The notes: a model not told the origin generated them from the sequence alone. Shown: positions 6,906 through 17,757, counted from the first letter of the stretch. The stretch: DNA of 42,408 nucleotides from Solirubrobacterales bacterium (GCA_035547475.1 DASZUW010000132.1:1-42408), one strand, 5' to 3'. Numbers and translations are program-made.

Positions 6906-9415
6906 TCACTCGTAGGTCAGGGCCTTCAGCGGGTCGAGGTGCGCGGCGCGGTGGGCCGGGACGATCGCCGCCAAGGCGCCGATCAGCACGCCCAAGGCGC
7001 CGATCGCGACCAGGATCGTGACCGGGATCTCGAGTCGCAGGCCGGACAGGGTGCTCTCGCGGATCGAGATCACCCAGACGACGCCGACGAGGAGCCCGAG
7101 GGCGAGGCCGACCAGGCTCCCGGCCATCGAGATGAGCAGGCTCTCGGTCAGCATCGTGCGGCGGATCCGCCAGCGTGAGCCGCCGAGCGCGCGCAGCACG
7201 CCGATCTCGCGGGTGCGCTCCAGCACCGCCATCGAGAGCGTGTTGACGATCCCGAGCAGGCCGACGATGACGGCGATCCCGACGATCGCGTCGAAGAAGG
7301 AGAACTGCTGGTTGATCGCGCTTTCGTACTGGCTCTTGACCTGGGCGTTGGAGACCGCTTCGAAGCCGGGGTAGTGGCGGTCGAGGAGGGCGTTCACCTG
7401 ACGGTCGAGGGCGGATCGCAGGGCCGGCGAGGCGGCGGTGAGCGCCAGGGTCGAGTCGGAATCGATGCCGTAGGCGCGCTTCATCGTCGCCAGCGACACC
7501 GTCACCGCGTTGCCGCTCGCTTCGAAGGTCTGCCGGGTGGCGACGATCGGCGCCCGGACGACGCCGCCCGGTCCGCGCAGGGTCAGCACGTCGCCGATCC
7601 CGAGGCCCGCCCCTTCGGCGAGCCCGTCGCCGATCACCGTGCCGCCGGCGGCGAGCCCGGTCATCGCCGCCGCCGTGCTCGCCCCCTCGTATTCGGTGTG
7701 GTCGACGCGCGGCCAGCGGCGCGGGTCGACGGCGAACATCAGACCCGGTTCCCCGCTCCCTGGCAGGTGCCGCATGTAGACGATGCGCTGCGGGGTCACC
7801 GTGCCGACGGCGGGCAGTGCCGCGATCCGCCGCCGCAGGGAGGCGGCGATGGTGCTGGTCGGCGGCCCGTTGGGCGAGTAGCCGAGCGGCTGTACGGTGA
7901 GGTCGCGGGCGAAGTGGGCGTCGATCTCCCCGGAGATCGAGCCGAGGAAGCTCGCGCTCATGGTCGAGTTGACCACGACCACCAACAGGGTGACCACGAG
8001 CGCGGCGGCGGTGGCTGAGGTCCGCAGCGGGTTCATGCGCAGCGAGTCGGAGGCCGGCCTGCCCTCCGAGGGCATCAAGGCGCGGACCGGGCGCGCGAGC
8101 AGGTCGATCAGCGGCATCACCAGGAACGGCGCCAGCAGGGCCATGCCGACGAACATGATGAGGGTCGAGCCGACGCCGACGATCGCGGCGCCGCCCCGGC
8201 CGCTTCTCGGCACGCGCGGCCCCGGTCAGTGCCCTCACCGGCGCGATCCGGCCCGCCCGCAGCGAGGGATAGAGGGCTCCGGCGGCGGTGGCCAGCAGCC
8301 CGACTGCGACGGAGGCGACGATCGCGCCCGCGGTCACGCTCAGCGAGACGATCGGCAGGCTCGAAGAAGCTCCGCATCGCCGCCGCCAGCAGTTCGGCCA
8401 GCCCGATGCCGAGCAGCAGCCCCAGCGCGCAGCCGGGGACGGCCAGCGCCAGCGCTTCGCCAAGGACCGAGGCGCCGATCCGCCGCCGCGAGGCGCCGAG
8501 GGCGCGCAGCGTGCCGATCTCGCGGATCCGCTGCAGCACGGTCATGTTGAACGAATTCAGGATCAGGAAGGCGCTGACGAAGATCGCCATGCCGGAGAAG
8601 AAGTAGAGGACGATGTTGAGGCTGGACATCGCTTCGTCGACTTCGTCGCCCTTCGCGGTCGGAGTCGCCACTTCGAGGCCGGGCCCGACCACGGCGCGGA
8701 TGCGCCGGCGCAGCACTTCGTCGGCGACCCCGCTCGCGCCGATCACGTCGATTTCGTCCCAGCCGCTCGCTTTGCCGGTGAGCCGCCGCACCGCCCCGAG
8801 CGGCATCGCGGCGATGCCGTAGCCGCCGAGGTCGAGCGCCGACCGGAAGCGGAAGATGCCCGACACGGTCAACTCGGCGCGGCCCGAGGGGGTCGCGAGC
8901 AGGAGACGGTCGCCGGCGGCGAGGTCGTGGGTGCGCGCCCAGGATTCCTCGAGCTCGATCTGGTGGAGCCCGCGGGGCTCGCGGCCGGCGACGGTCTCGG
9001 CGCCGCTCGGGTCGGGGCCACGCAGGGCGAAGCCGGCCACGAACAGCGTCGAGGAGGAGCCGGTCCCGGCCTTGCCTTCGGCGCCGATCACCCGGCCGAT
9101 GCCCATCACCCGGCCGACGGCCGCGTCCACCCCGTCGACCCCGCGGACCTTCGCGATCGTCCCCTGCGGCACCTCGCCGATCGACGACCTGCCGGTGACG
9201 ACGACGCTGGTGTTGCCGTAGATCGCGTCGAAGAGGTCGTCGAAGCTGGACCGGATGGTGGCGACGAGGACGAGGACGCCGAAGGCCATGCCGACGCCGA
9301 GGACGATGCCGGCCATGGTCAGGCCCGAGCGCAGCGGCCGGGCGCGGAGCAAGCGGACCCCGAGGCCGGCGAAGCCATGCAGCCGGACGCCCTCGGGATG
9401 GGGCGAAGAGCTCAC
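6906..9415 (-). pseudogene. Double FtsX-domain (MacB-like, about 830 aa) ABC permease interrupted by two +1 frameshifts
   Basis: The protein reads through three frames. From 9415 to about 8360 it follows track ORF 8117..9415, giving the first FtsX domain up to ...LAELLAAAMRSFFE. From about 8360 to about 8225 it follows the frame of ORF 6358..8463, reading SLPIVSLSVTAGAIVASVAVGLLATAAGALYPSLRAGRIAPVRALTG. From about 8213 to 6906 it follows ORF 6906..8213, giving the second module, which ends AHRAAHLDPLKALTYE*. Confidence 0.75.
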
Positions 9416-9860
9416 GCCGGCGCTCCCGCGCGGGCGGCGCCGGACTCGATCGCACGGAAGGCGTCGATGACGCTCGCGGTGTCGCCGCCCTCGGCCGCGC
9501 CGGCGATCTCACCGTCGCGCAGGACCACGCGGTCGGCGAGCGCCGCGGCGCCGGGGTCGTGGGTGACCAAGACGACGGTCTGACCTTCGTCGACGACGCC
9601 GCGCAGCAGGCGCATCACGGTCTGGCCCGCCTTGGAATCGAGGTTGCCCGTCGGCTCGTCGGCGAGCACGAGGCGCGGGCGGCGGAGCAGGGCGCGGGCG
9701 ATGGCGACCCGCTGCTGCTCGCCGGCGGCAGCACGTTCTCGGCCGCGCTCAGCGTCGGCAGCAGGTGGCGATTGCCGATCCGAACCTAGGCCCGCACCCG
9801 CCGCCCTCCATCCGGGTTTGCCCACGCCCGTGGGTCGCCGTCGCACGGATGGCGCCTCCT
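9412..9860 (-). pseudogene. Eroded remnant of the cognate ABC ATPase (MacB/LolD type)
   Basis: The 3' half is intact: [30 protein letters not shown], then QTVVLVTHD, with the stop overlapping the permease GTG as GTGA. Upstream only fragments remain. The Q-loop-region piece [17 protein letters not shown] is in another frame and is preceded by TAG. A Walker-A-like PTGVGKPG sits only about 27 codons before the signature motif. No N-terminal region is present, because the + strand P-type ATPase starts at 9884. Confidence 0.6.
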
Positions 9861-9883
9861 CGGGGCGCTGGTGGGATGCCGGC

Positions 9884-12579
9884 ATGGACTTCGACCCGGG
9901 CGGCCTCACGTCACGCGAGGCCGAGCGGCGCCTCGTCCAGTACGGGCGCAACGAGGTGGCGCGACGCGGCGGCCCGAGGCGCGCGCGCGAGCTCGGCCGC
10001 CAGTTCGCCCACCCGCTGGCGCTACTGCTGTGGGTGGCGGCGGGCCTGGCGGCGGTAGCGGGGAATGCCACGCTGGCAGTGGCGATCGTCGCCGTGATCG
10101 TCCTGAACGCGCTGCTCGCCTTCGCCCAGGAGGCGCAGGCCGAGCGGGCCACCGAGGCGCTCGGGGCGCTGCTGCCGCCGCAGGTCCGGGTGCGGCGCGA
10201 CGGCCGCGAGGAGGACGTCGACGCGGCCCTGCTCGTGCCGGGCGACGTCATGCTCTTGGCGGAGGGGGACCGGATCTCGGCCGACGCGACGCTCCTCGTC
10301 GGCGCGGTCGAGGTCGACATGTCCCCGTTGACCGGCGAGTCGGAGCCGGTCGGCCGGGAGGCGCGACAAGCCCCGAACCCGGCCGTCGAGCCTCTTCGCG
10401 ACCCGGCCCGGGTGTTTGCCGGAAGCCTCTGCACCGAGGGCGAGGCGGAGGCGTCGGTGACCGCGACCGGCATGCACACGCAGCTGGGACGCATCGCCGC
10501 GCTCACCCAGCGCGTCACCGCCGAGGTGAGCCCGCTGCAGGAACAGGTGAACCGGGCGGCCTGGCTGATCGCCGCGATCACCGTCGCCTCGGGCGCCGTC
10601 TTCTTCCTCGCCGGGATCGGGCTGGCGGGGCTCTCGACCGGCTTCGCGCTGACCGCGGCGATCGGCCTCCTGGTCGGCAACGTGCCCGAGGGCCTGCTGC
10701 CGATCATCACGCTCTCGCTCGCCGGCGCGGTGCGGCGGATGGCCCGGCGCCAGGCGCTGGTGAAGCGGTTGACCGCGGTGGAGACGCTCGGCTCGACCGA
10801 CGTCATCTGCACCGACAAGACCGGGACGCTCACCGAGGGGAAGATGGCGGCGCGCCTGGTCTGGGCCGAAGGCGAGGAGTTCGACCTCCAGGGCGCGCCG
10901 CCTCGGGGCGCGGCCTTCGCGGCGCTGGCCCGCGCCGCGGTGCTCTGCGGCAACGCGACCCTGACGCTCACCGACGGCAAGCTGGAGAAGCACGGCGACC
11001 CGAGCGAGAGCGCGCTGCTCGAAGCCGCCCGGGCGCTGGGCGCCGACGCCGGCGCCGCGGCGGCCGAGCGCTCGCGCGCGCGGCGCCGGGTCTTCGCCTT
11101 CGACCCTCGCGTGAAGCGGATGAGCACCCTCGACGCGGTGCCGGGCGGGGACCTGACGTGGCACGTGAAGGGTGCCCCCGCGGAGCTGCTCGAGCGCTGC
11201 GGGACGGCGATGCGTGACGGGGAGGCGCTGCCCTTGGACGAGGCGGCCCGGGCCGCAATCCGCGCGGTCTGCGACGGCTATGCCGCCCGCGGGCTGCGGG
11301 TCCTGGGGTTCGCTGAGCGGATCGCGGTGGAGCCCGCCGCGGCGGAGGAGCGGCGCGAGGAGGCGGAGGCCGGTCTCACCTCCCTCGGGCTGGTGGCGCT
11401 CGAGGATCCGCTGCGCCCGGAGGTCGTCGGCGCCGTCGCCCGCTGTCGCGCCGCCGGCATCAGGATCATCATGGTCACCGGGGACCACGGCCTGACCGCG
11501 GCCGCGATCGCCCGCGAGGCGGGGATCGTGGGCGACCATCCGAGGATCATCACGGGGACCGAGGTGGAAGCCCTCCCGCAGGCGGAGCTCGACCGCCTCC
11601 TGCACGAGACCGAGGAGCTGATCGTCGCCCGCTCGAACCCGGAGACGAAGCTCCACCTGGTCGACGCCCTGCGGGCCGAGGGCCACACGGTGGCGATGAC
11701 GGGCGACGGCGTGAACGACGCGCCCGCCCTGCGCCGCGCCGACATCGGCGTCGCGATGGGGGCCTCCGGCACCGACGTGGCGCGTGAGGCGGCGACGATG
11801 GTGCTCACCGACGACGACTTCGCTCGATCGTGGCGGCGGTGGAAGAGGGGCGGGTCGTCTACGACAACGTCCGCAAGTTCATCACCTACATCTTCACCCA
11901 CGCCCCGGCCGAGGCGCTGCCCTTCGCGGTCTTCGTGCTCTCCGGCGGCAGCATCCCGCTGCCGATCCTGCCGCTGCAGATCCTCGCCATCGACCTCGGC
12001 ACCGACACCGTCCCCGCCCTCGCCCTGGGGCGCGAGCCGGGCGAGCCGGGGACCATGGACCGCCCGCCGCGCCCGCGCGAGTCGGGGATCATCCAACGAT
12101 CGATGTTGGCCCGGGCCTGGCTGCGGATGGGCGTGGTCGAGGCCTGCCTGGCGATGGCGGGCTTCTTCGCCGTCCTCTTTGCGGCGGGCTGGAGCTGGGG
12201 CGCCCCGACCGGTGATGGGGCGCCCCTTCACCACGCCTACCTGCAGGCGACCTCGATGACCTGGGCGGGTATCGTCGCCGGCCAGATCGGCGCGGGGCTC
12301 GCCTGTCGGACCCGGACCGCCTCGCTGCGCGACGTCGGCGTCTTCTCGAACCGCTACCTCCTGCTCGGGATCGCTTTCGAGCTCGCCTTCGCGGCGGCGA
12401 TCGTGTACCTGACCCCGTTCCAGTCGCTCTTCCGCACCGCCGCCCTCGACCTCCCCCAGCTCGCCCTCCTGGCCACCTTCCCGTTCGTCGTCTGGGGGAC
12501 CGACGAGGCCTGGCGCGCGTGGCGCCGCCGCCTCAGGGCGCGACGAACCCCGGCCCGCGCCGCGCCTGGATATGGATGA
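9884..12579 (+). pseudogene. Type-II (Ca2+/CtpF-like) cation-transporting P-type ATPase with one apparent 1-nt deletion near 11822
   Basis: Motifs are [53 protein letters not shown] and TGDGVNDAPAL. After VLTDDDFA the frame switches. Track ORF 9632..12259 continues as nonsense, while ORF 11830..12579 continues correctly as (SI)VAAVEEGRVVYDNVRKFITY... Confidence 0.8.
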
Positions 12580-12622
12580 GCCCAGCGGCCGTTCGAACTG
12601 CCCCGTCCCCGCAACCCCGTGC

Positions 12623-13732
12623 CTAACCCAGCAGCTCGCGCGCCTGGCGGGCCATCTCGAGGTCCTCGCGCGCGGCGACGAGGACCACGGAGACGCTTGC
12701 GGCAGGAGGAGAGAGGACGGTGTCGGGGGCGCCGCGTTCGTTGCGAGTCGGGTCGAGGTGGACGCCGAGGAAGGCGGTGGCGGCGCAGGCCCGCTCGCGC
12801 ACGGTGGGCGAGTTCTCGCCGACGCCGCCGGTGAAGACGAGGGCGTCGAGGCCGCCCATCGCCGCCGCCATCGCGGCGATCGAGCCCGCCAGGCGGTGGA
12901 CGTAGACGTCGAGCGCGAGGCGGGCGCGCTCCTCGCCTCGAGTCGCGCCGGCCACGATCTCGCGCATGTCGGAGGTGCCGGCCAGCCCGAGCAGCCCCGC
13001 CTCGCGGTCCAGGAGCCGCTCCATCTCCTCCGGTCCCAGCTCCAGGTGCCGTTGCGCCCAGAGGACGAGGCCCGGGTCGACCGAGCCCGCCCGCGTCGCC
13101 ATCACCAGGCCCTCCAGCGGCGTGAAGCCCATCGTCGTGTCGACCGAGTGCCCGGCGGCGACCGCGGCGAGCGAGGCCCCGGCGCCGAGGTGGGCGGTGA
13201 CCAGGCGCAGGTCCTCCGGCCGCGCCCCGAGGAGGGCGGCGGCGCGGCGGCTCGCGTAGGCGTGTGAGAGTCCATGAAACCCGTAGCGGCGCGGCGGCGT
13301 GTCGGCGGCGCTCCAGCCCGCGGGCAGCGCGTAGGTGCGCGCCGCCGCCGGCAGGTCGGCGTGGAAGGCGGTGTCGAAGCAGGCGACGTTGACCAGGCCC
13401 GGCGCCACCTCCTCGAGTGCCCGCATCGCGCGCACCGCCTGCGGGTTGTGCAGCGGCGCCAGCTCGGCGAGGCGTTCCAGCTCCTCCTCGACGCCGGCAT
13501 CGACGACGGCGGGCCCGCTGAACTCCGCCGCCCCGTGGACGACCCGGTGGGCCGCTGCGTCGGGTCGCGGCGTCTCGGCGAGCATCCGGCCCAGCTCCTC
13601 GCGGAGGCCCTCGGGGTCGTCGCCCGGGACGGAGTCGCGCGTCGCCAGCACCTCGTCGTCGGCCCTGAGCAGGCGCAGCTTCAGGCTCGAGGAGCCCGCG
13701 TTGACGGTGAGGATGGAGCGCCCGCCGCTCAC
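12623..13732 (-). CDS. ackA: Acetate kinase
   Basis: GTG at 13732 overlaps the xfp stop as GTGA. Motifs are ILTVNAGSSSLKLRL, HRVVHG, HNP, CFDTAFH, YGFHGLSH, HLGAGAS, DTTMGFTPLEGL and FTGGVGEN. Confidence 0.9.
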   Translation of the reverse strand: MSGGRSILTVNAGSSSLKLRLLRADDEVLATRDSVPGDDPEGLREELGRMLAETPRPDAAAHRVVHGAAEFSGPAVVDAGVEEELERLAELAPLHNPQAVRAMRALEEVAPGLVNVACFDTAFHADLPAAARTYALPAGWSAADTPPRRYGFHGLSHAYASRRAAALLGARPEDLRLVTAHLGAGASLAAVAAGHSVDTTMGFTPLEGLVMATRAGSVDPGLVLWAQRHLELGPEEMERLLDREAGLLGLAGTSDMREIVAGATRGEERARLALDVYVHRLAGSIAAMAAAMGGLDALVFTGGVGENSPTVRERACAATAFLGVHLDPTRNERGAPDTVLSPPAASVSVVLVAAREDLEMARQARELLG

Positions 13733-16107
13733 CCGGCCCGCGCCAGGCTCCAGTCGCGCACCTCCGGCATGTCCTCGAGGTGCTCGCGCACGTAGGAGTG
13801 GTGCCGGGCCAGCATCGCCTCGCAGTGGGCCTCGAGCTCGGCGGCGCCCTCCGGTCGGCGCGGCGCCCGCCGCAACGCTTCCAGCGCCAGGTGGAAGCGG
13901 CTCATCTCGTTCAGCACGACCATGTCGAAGGGCGTGGTCGTCGTGCCCTGCTCGTTGAAGCCGCGGACGTGGAAGCGATCCGGGCGGCTGCGGCCGTGGA
14001 TCAGCTGGTGTAGCGCGCGGGCGTATCCGTGGAAGGCGAAGACGACCTCGGTGTCGGCTCCGAACAGCGCCTCGAACCGCTCCTCGCTCAGTCCGTGGGG
14101 GTGGACCTCGGGCGGGAAGAGCGTCATCAGGTCGACCACGTTCACCACCCGCACGCCAAGGCCCGGCGTGTGGCGGCGGAGCAGGTTGGCCGCGGCGACG
14201 ATCTCCATCGTCGGGATGTCCCCCGCGGCGGCGAGCACCAGGTCGGGGCTGTCGGGCCGGTTGCCCGCCCAGTCCCAGCGCGAGGCGCCGGCGCGCGCGT
14301 GCTCCACCGCCTCCTCGAAGCCCAGGTACTGAAGCTGTGGCTGCTTGTCGATCACGATCAGGTTGACGTAGTCGCGGCTGCGCAGGCAGTGCTCGGCGAC
14401 GGTCAGCAGCGTGTTCGCGTCGGGCGGGAAGTAGATGCGGACGACCTCGCCGCGCAGGCTGAGCATCGTGTCGATCAGGCCGGGCCCCTGGTGGCTGAAG
14501 CCGTTGTGGTCGTTGCGCCAGCAGGTCGAGGTGAGCAGCACGTTCAGCGACGCGACCGGCGCCCGCCACTCCAGCCGACGCATCTCCTCCAGCCACTTGG
14601 TGTGCTGGATCGCCATCGAGGCCGACACCATCGCGAAGGCCTCGTAGGTGGCGAAGAGGCCGTGCCGGCCGCTCAGCAGGTACCCCTCGAGCCAGCCCTG
14701 GCAGTTGTGCTCGGAGAGGACCTCCATCACGCGACCGGAGGGAGAGACGTCCTCGTCGCCTGCGGCGGCGTCGATCAGGCACCGGTCCTCGACCTCGAAG
14801 ACGGCCCCGAGCCGGTTCGAGTTGGTCTCGTCGGGGCAGAAGAGGCGGAAGTTCGCCGCCTCCTGGTTCTCCGCGTAGACGTCGCGAAGAAGCTCGCCGA
14901 GCCGGCGCGTCGATTCGGCCCGCTCGCGCGCCGGGGCCGCGATCTCGATCGCGTAGCGGGACGGGTCCGGGATCGCCAGCGGGACCAGGCGACGGCCGCC
15001 GTTCGCGTAGCTGGTCGCCCCCATCCGCTTGTCGCCGCGCGGGGCGACGGACGCCGCCGGGCCGCGGAGCCGACCGCGCTCGTCGAAGTGCTGGTGCGGT
15101 CGGTAGGACCGCATCCAACCCTCGAGCATCGCCAGGTGCTCGGGGTTCTCGCGCACGCCGGGCAGCGGCACCTGATGGGCGCGGAAGGTTCCCTCCACCG
15201 GCAGACCGTCGACCCGCGCCGGGCCGGTCCAGCCCTTCGGCGTGCGCAGGACGATCGCGGGCCAGGCGAGGCGGGACCGGCCGCCGGCGCGCGCGGCCGC
15301 CTGGATCGCGGCGATCGCCGCGCGGCATTCGGCCAGCGTCACGGCGAAGTCGTGGTGGACGGCGCGCGGGTCCGTGCCGCCGACGAAGCGGGCCGCGTAG
15401 CCGTGCCCGGCGAGCAGCGCGGCGATCTCCCCCTCGCTCGCCCGGCCGAGCACGGTCGGGCCGGAGATCTTGAATTCGTTCAGGTGGAGGATCGGCAGGA
15501 CGGCGCCGTCCCGGGCCGGGTTCAGGTAGCGGATCCCCTTCCAGGAGCCCTCCAGCGGCGCGGTCTCCGCCTCGCCGTCGCCGATCACGCAGGCGACCAG
15601 CAGATCGGGGTGGTCGAACGCCGCGCCGAACGCGTGCGCCAAGGCGTAGCCGAGCTCACCTCCCTCGTGGATCGAGCCGGGGGTCGGCACGCTGACGTGG
15701 CTGGGGATCCCGCCCGGGGTCGAGAACTGCCGCACCAGGCGCAGCAGTCCCGCCTCGTCCGCGGACACCTCCGGGTAGACCTCGGAGTAGGTCCCCTCGA
15801 GGTAGACGTTGGCGACCACCGCCGGCCCGCCGTGGCCGGGGCCCGCGACGAACAGGACGTCGTCGCCGGTCGCGCCGATCATGCGGTTCAGCTGGGCGTA
15901 GACGAGGTTCAGCCCGGGCGAGGTGCCCCAGTGGCCGAGCAGGCGCGGCTTGATGTGCTCGGGGCGGAGCGGCTCGCGAAGGAGTGGATTTGCCCGCAGG
16001 TAGATCTGCCCGACGGTGAGGAAGTTGGCCGCCTCCCAGTAGGCGAGGAGACGATCGAGCTCCTTCTCGTCGGGCGGATCCGGTCGGATCGGCGGCGTCG
16101 CGCTCAC
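13729..16107 (-). CDS. xfp: Xylulose-5-P / fructose-6-P phosphoketolase
   Basis: Motifs are YWEAANFLTVGQIYLRANPLL, GHWGTSPGLN, GPGHGGPA and EGGELGY, in about 790 aa. GTG at 16107 overlaps the upstream USP stop as GTGA. Confidence 0.9.
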   Translation of the reverse strand: MSATPPIRPDPPDEKELDRLLAYWEAANFLTVGQIYLRANPLLREPLRPEHIKPRLLGHWGTSPGLNLVYAQLNRMIGATGDDVLFVAGPGHGGPAVVANVYLEGTYSEVYPEVSADEAGLLRLVRQFSTPGGIPSHVSVPTPGSIHEGGELGYALAHAFGAAFDHPDLLVACVIGDGEAETAPLEGSWKGIRYLNPARDGAVLPILHLNEFKISGPTVLGRASEGEIAALLAGHGYAARFVGGTDPRAVHHDFAVTLAECRAAIAAIQAAARAGGRSRLAWPAIVLRTPKGWTGPARVDGLPVEGTFRAHQVPLPGVRENPEHLAMLEGWMRSYRPHQHFDERGRLRGPAASVAPRGDKRMGATSYANGGRRLVPLAIPDPSRYAIEIAAPARERAESTRRLGELLRDVYAENQEAANFRLFCPDETNSNRLGAVFEVEDRCLIDAAAGDEDVSPSGRVMEVLSEHNCQGWLEGYLLSGRHGLFATYEAFAMVSASMAIQHTKWLEEMRRLEWRAPVASLNVLLTSTCWRNDHNGFSHQGPGLIDTMLSLRGEVVRIYFPPDANTLLTVAEHCLRSRDYVNLIVIDKQPQLQYLGFEEAVEHARAGASRWDWAGNRPDSPDLVLAAAGDIPTMEIVAAANLLRRHTPGLGVRVVNVVDLMTLFPPEVHPHGLSEERFEALFGADTEVVFAFHGYARALHQLIHGRSRPDRFHVRGFNEQGTTTTPFDMVVLNEMSRFHLALEALRRAPRRPEGAAELEAHCEAMLARHHSYVREHLEDMPEVRDWSLARAG

Positions 16108-16904
16108 GACCCCTGGGAGGCTCCCACAAGTCGTGCCCCCACGCGAGCCGGGCAGATCAGGAGCGGGCACGGCGCCTCCAGGGCAAGCTCGCCGGCGGCG
16201 CTCTTGTGGAAGAGGCGGCCGAGGTGGCCGCGCGCCCGCGTGCCGACCACGAGCAGGTCGACGCCGAGGCCGGCGGCCCGGACCAGCTCGGTCTCGGCGA
16301 AGCCGCGCAGCAGGACCGGCTGCGCCCGTACCTCCGGCGGCAGGGCGGCGACCGTCTCGTGCAGCTCCGCCCGGCGGAGCTCCAGCTCCCCCGGCGCGGT
16401 CGGGGCGGCGGTCGACGGGGCATCCGGCACGCCCGGGGCGCCCTTGGGGACGACCGTGTAGACGCGAAGCGCGGCGCCGTTGCGGATGGCGAGGTCGGTG
16501 GCAAGCTCGAGCGCCTCCCGCGCCGCCGGGCCGCCGTCGTAGCCGACCCCGACGACGCGCATGCCGACATCCTCCTCGTCGCCGACCAGCGGCTGCCAGA
16601 CCGGCTCGCCGTCGGCCCTCTCCGCGAACCCCGGCGGCGCCACGGCGACCGCGCAGGAAGCGCCGGTCAGCACGTGCTCCATCGTCGTGCCGGGGACGAT
16701 CCGCCCGAGGGGGCCGCGGTGGGTCGAGCCCAGGACCACGAGGTCGGCGTCCTCGGCGCGCGCGGCGTCGGCCAGGGCCGGGCCCTCGGGCACGGTGGTG
16801 ACGGCGAGCTCCGCGTCGCGGGCCCTGGCGAGGATGCGGCCGAGCGCGAGGGCGTCGCGGCCGCGCTCGCCGTCGAGGTAGCCGACCATCACCTTGCCCG
16901 GCAT
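16104..16904 (-). CDS. Tandem-domain universal stress protein
   Basis: There are two UspA-like halves. One ends ADLVVLGSTHRGPLGRIVPGTTMEHVLTGASCAVAVAP and the other VDLLVVGTRARGHLGRLFHKSAAGELALEAPCPLLICP. Confidence 0.85.
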   Translation of the reverse strand: MPGKVMVGYLDGERGRDALALGRILARARDAELAVTTVPEGPALADAARAEDADLVVLGSTHRGPLGRIVPGTTMEHVLTGASCAVAVAPPGFAERADGEPVWQPLVGDEEDVGMRVVGVGYDGGPAAREALELATDLAIRNGAALRVYTVVPKGAPGVPDAPSTAAPTAPGELELRRAELHETVAALPPEVRAQPVLLRGFAETELVRAAGLGVDLLVVGTRARGHLGRLFHKSAAGELALEAPCPLLICPARVGARLVGASQGS

Positions 16905-16905
16905 C

Positions 16906-17715
16906 TCAGGCCCCTTCCTCGTGCGGCACCACGAGGACCGCGCAGGGCGCGACGTCGATCAGGTGCCCGGTGACCGAGCCCAGCAAGAGCCGGTCGAGCG
17001 GCCTGCGCGTGCCGGCGACGAGGATGTCCACCTCGCGTCCGCAGGCCTCGGCGATCGCCTCGGCGATCGACTTGTTGGCCTGGCGCCAGCCCGGGTCCAG
17101 GCACTCGCCGTCGGCGTCGATCGTCGGCGCCACCTCGGCCAAGGCCGCCTTCAGGACCGCGGGGGCGTTGGTCAGCGGAGTGAGCCCCTCGCCGCCCTGG
17201 ACGCCGGCCACCACGGGGTCTTCGGCGACGATCACGTGGAGCGAGGCGCCGGTGTCGCGGCAGAGCGCTTCCGCCCGGTGCAGGGCCGTCCGCGATTCCG
17301 CGGTGCCGTCGTAGGCGACGGCGATCTTCTTGATCCCCTTGCGCCCGCGCCGGGCGTAGCCGCGCGGAGCGACGACCACCTCACAGGGCGAGTGGTGTAG
17401 GACGTGGTGGGCGACGCTGCCGAGGACGGCGCGCCCGATCCGGCCGCGGTGCGGCGACCCGACCACCAGGGTCCCGGCGTCTTCGCGCTCGGCGAGGCCG
17501 ACCAGGGCGACGCTCGGCGTGAAGGTGGCGGGCATGTTCTCGGCGATGATCCGCCGGCTGCTCGTGCCCGCCAGAGCCGTGGCCAGGGCGACCGCGTCCT
17601 CGCCGCCGGCGCTGCCGTCGGAGCCGACCACGATCGGGCCAGTCTCGTAGCGTGGGGTGCCGGGGGTGGCCGCCTGCCCGGCCGCTTCGGCGTCCTGCTT
17701 CCTGGTGGTGGGCAT
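16906..17715 (-). CDS. Tandem-domain universal stress protein
   Basis: The halves end LVVGSPHRGRIGRAVLGSVAHHVLHHSPCEVVVAP and VDILVAGTRRPLDRLLLGSVTGHLIDVAPCAVLVVP. A 1-nt gap separates it from the next USP gene. Confidence 0.85.
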   Translation of the reverse strand: MPTTRKQDAEAAGQAATPGTPRYETGPIVVGSDGSAGGEDAVALATALAGTSSRRIIAENMPATFTPSVALVGLAEREDAGTLVVGSPHRGRIGRAVLGSVAHHVLHHSPCEVVVAPRGYARRGRKGIKKIAVAYDGTAESRTALHRAEALCRDTGASLHVIVAEDPVVAGVQGGEGLTPLTNAPAVLKAALAEVAPTIDADGECLDPGWRQANKSIAEAIAEACGREVDILVAGTRRPLDRLLLGSVTGHLIDVAPCAVLVVPHEEGA

Positions 17716-17757
17716 CGTCCCTTCCTCTCGCTCGCTGAAGTTTTCCTGCTCGGGAAT

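Noticed and set aside
12623-15328. Track ORFs that seem to give giant fusion proteins: 12623..15328, 19785..21224, 37807..40776, 9412..11127, 4305..5507 and 4922..6685.
   Set aside because: Only the C-terminal part of each matches a protein family. The N-terminal extensions overlap the upstream gene in another frame, and each true start is a GTG inside a GTGA junction.
17716-17757. I searched for a DosR/DevR-type box (GGGAC-N4..6-GTCCC palindrome) upstream of the USP operons, the arc genes and the regulators (17716-17757, 33185-33276, 36599-36660).
   Set aside because: I could not find a convincing palindrome of that type by eye. The regulators here may recognise a different motif.
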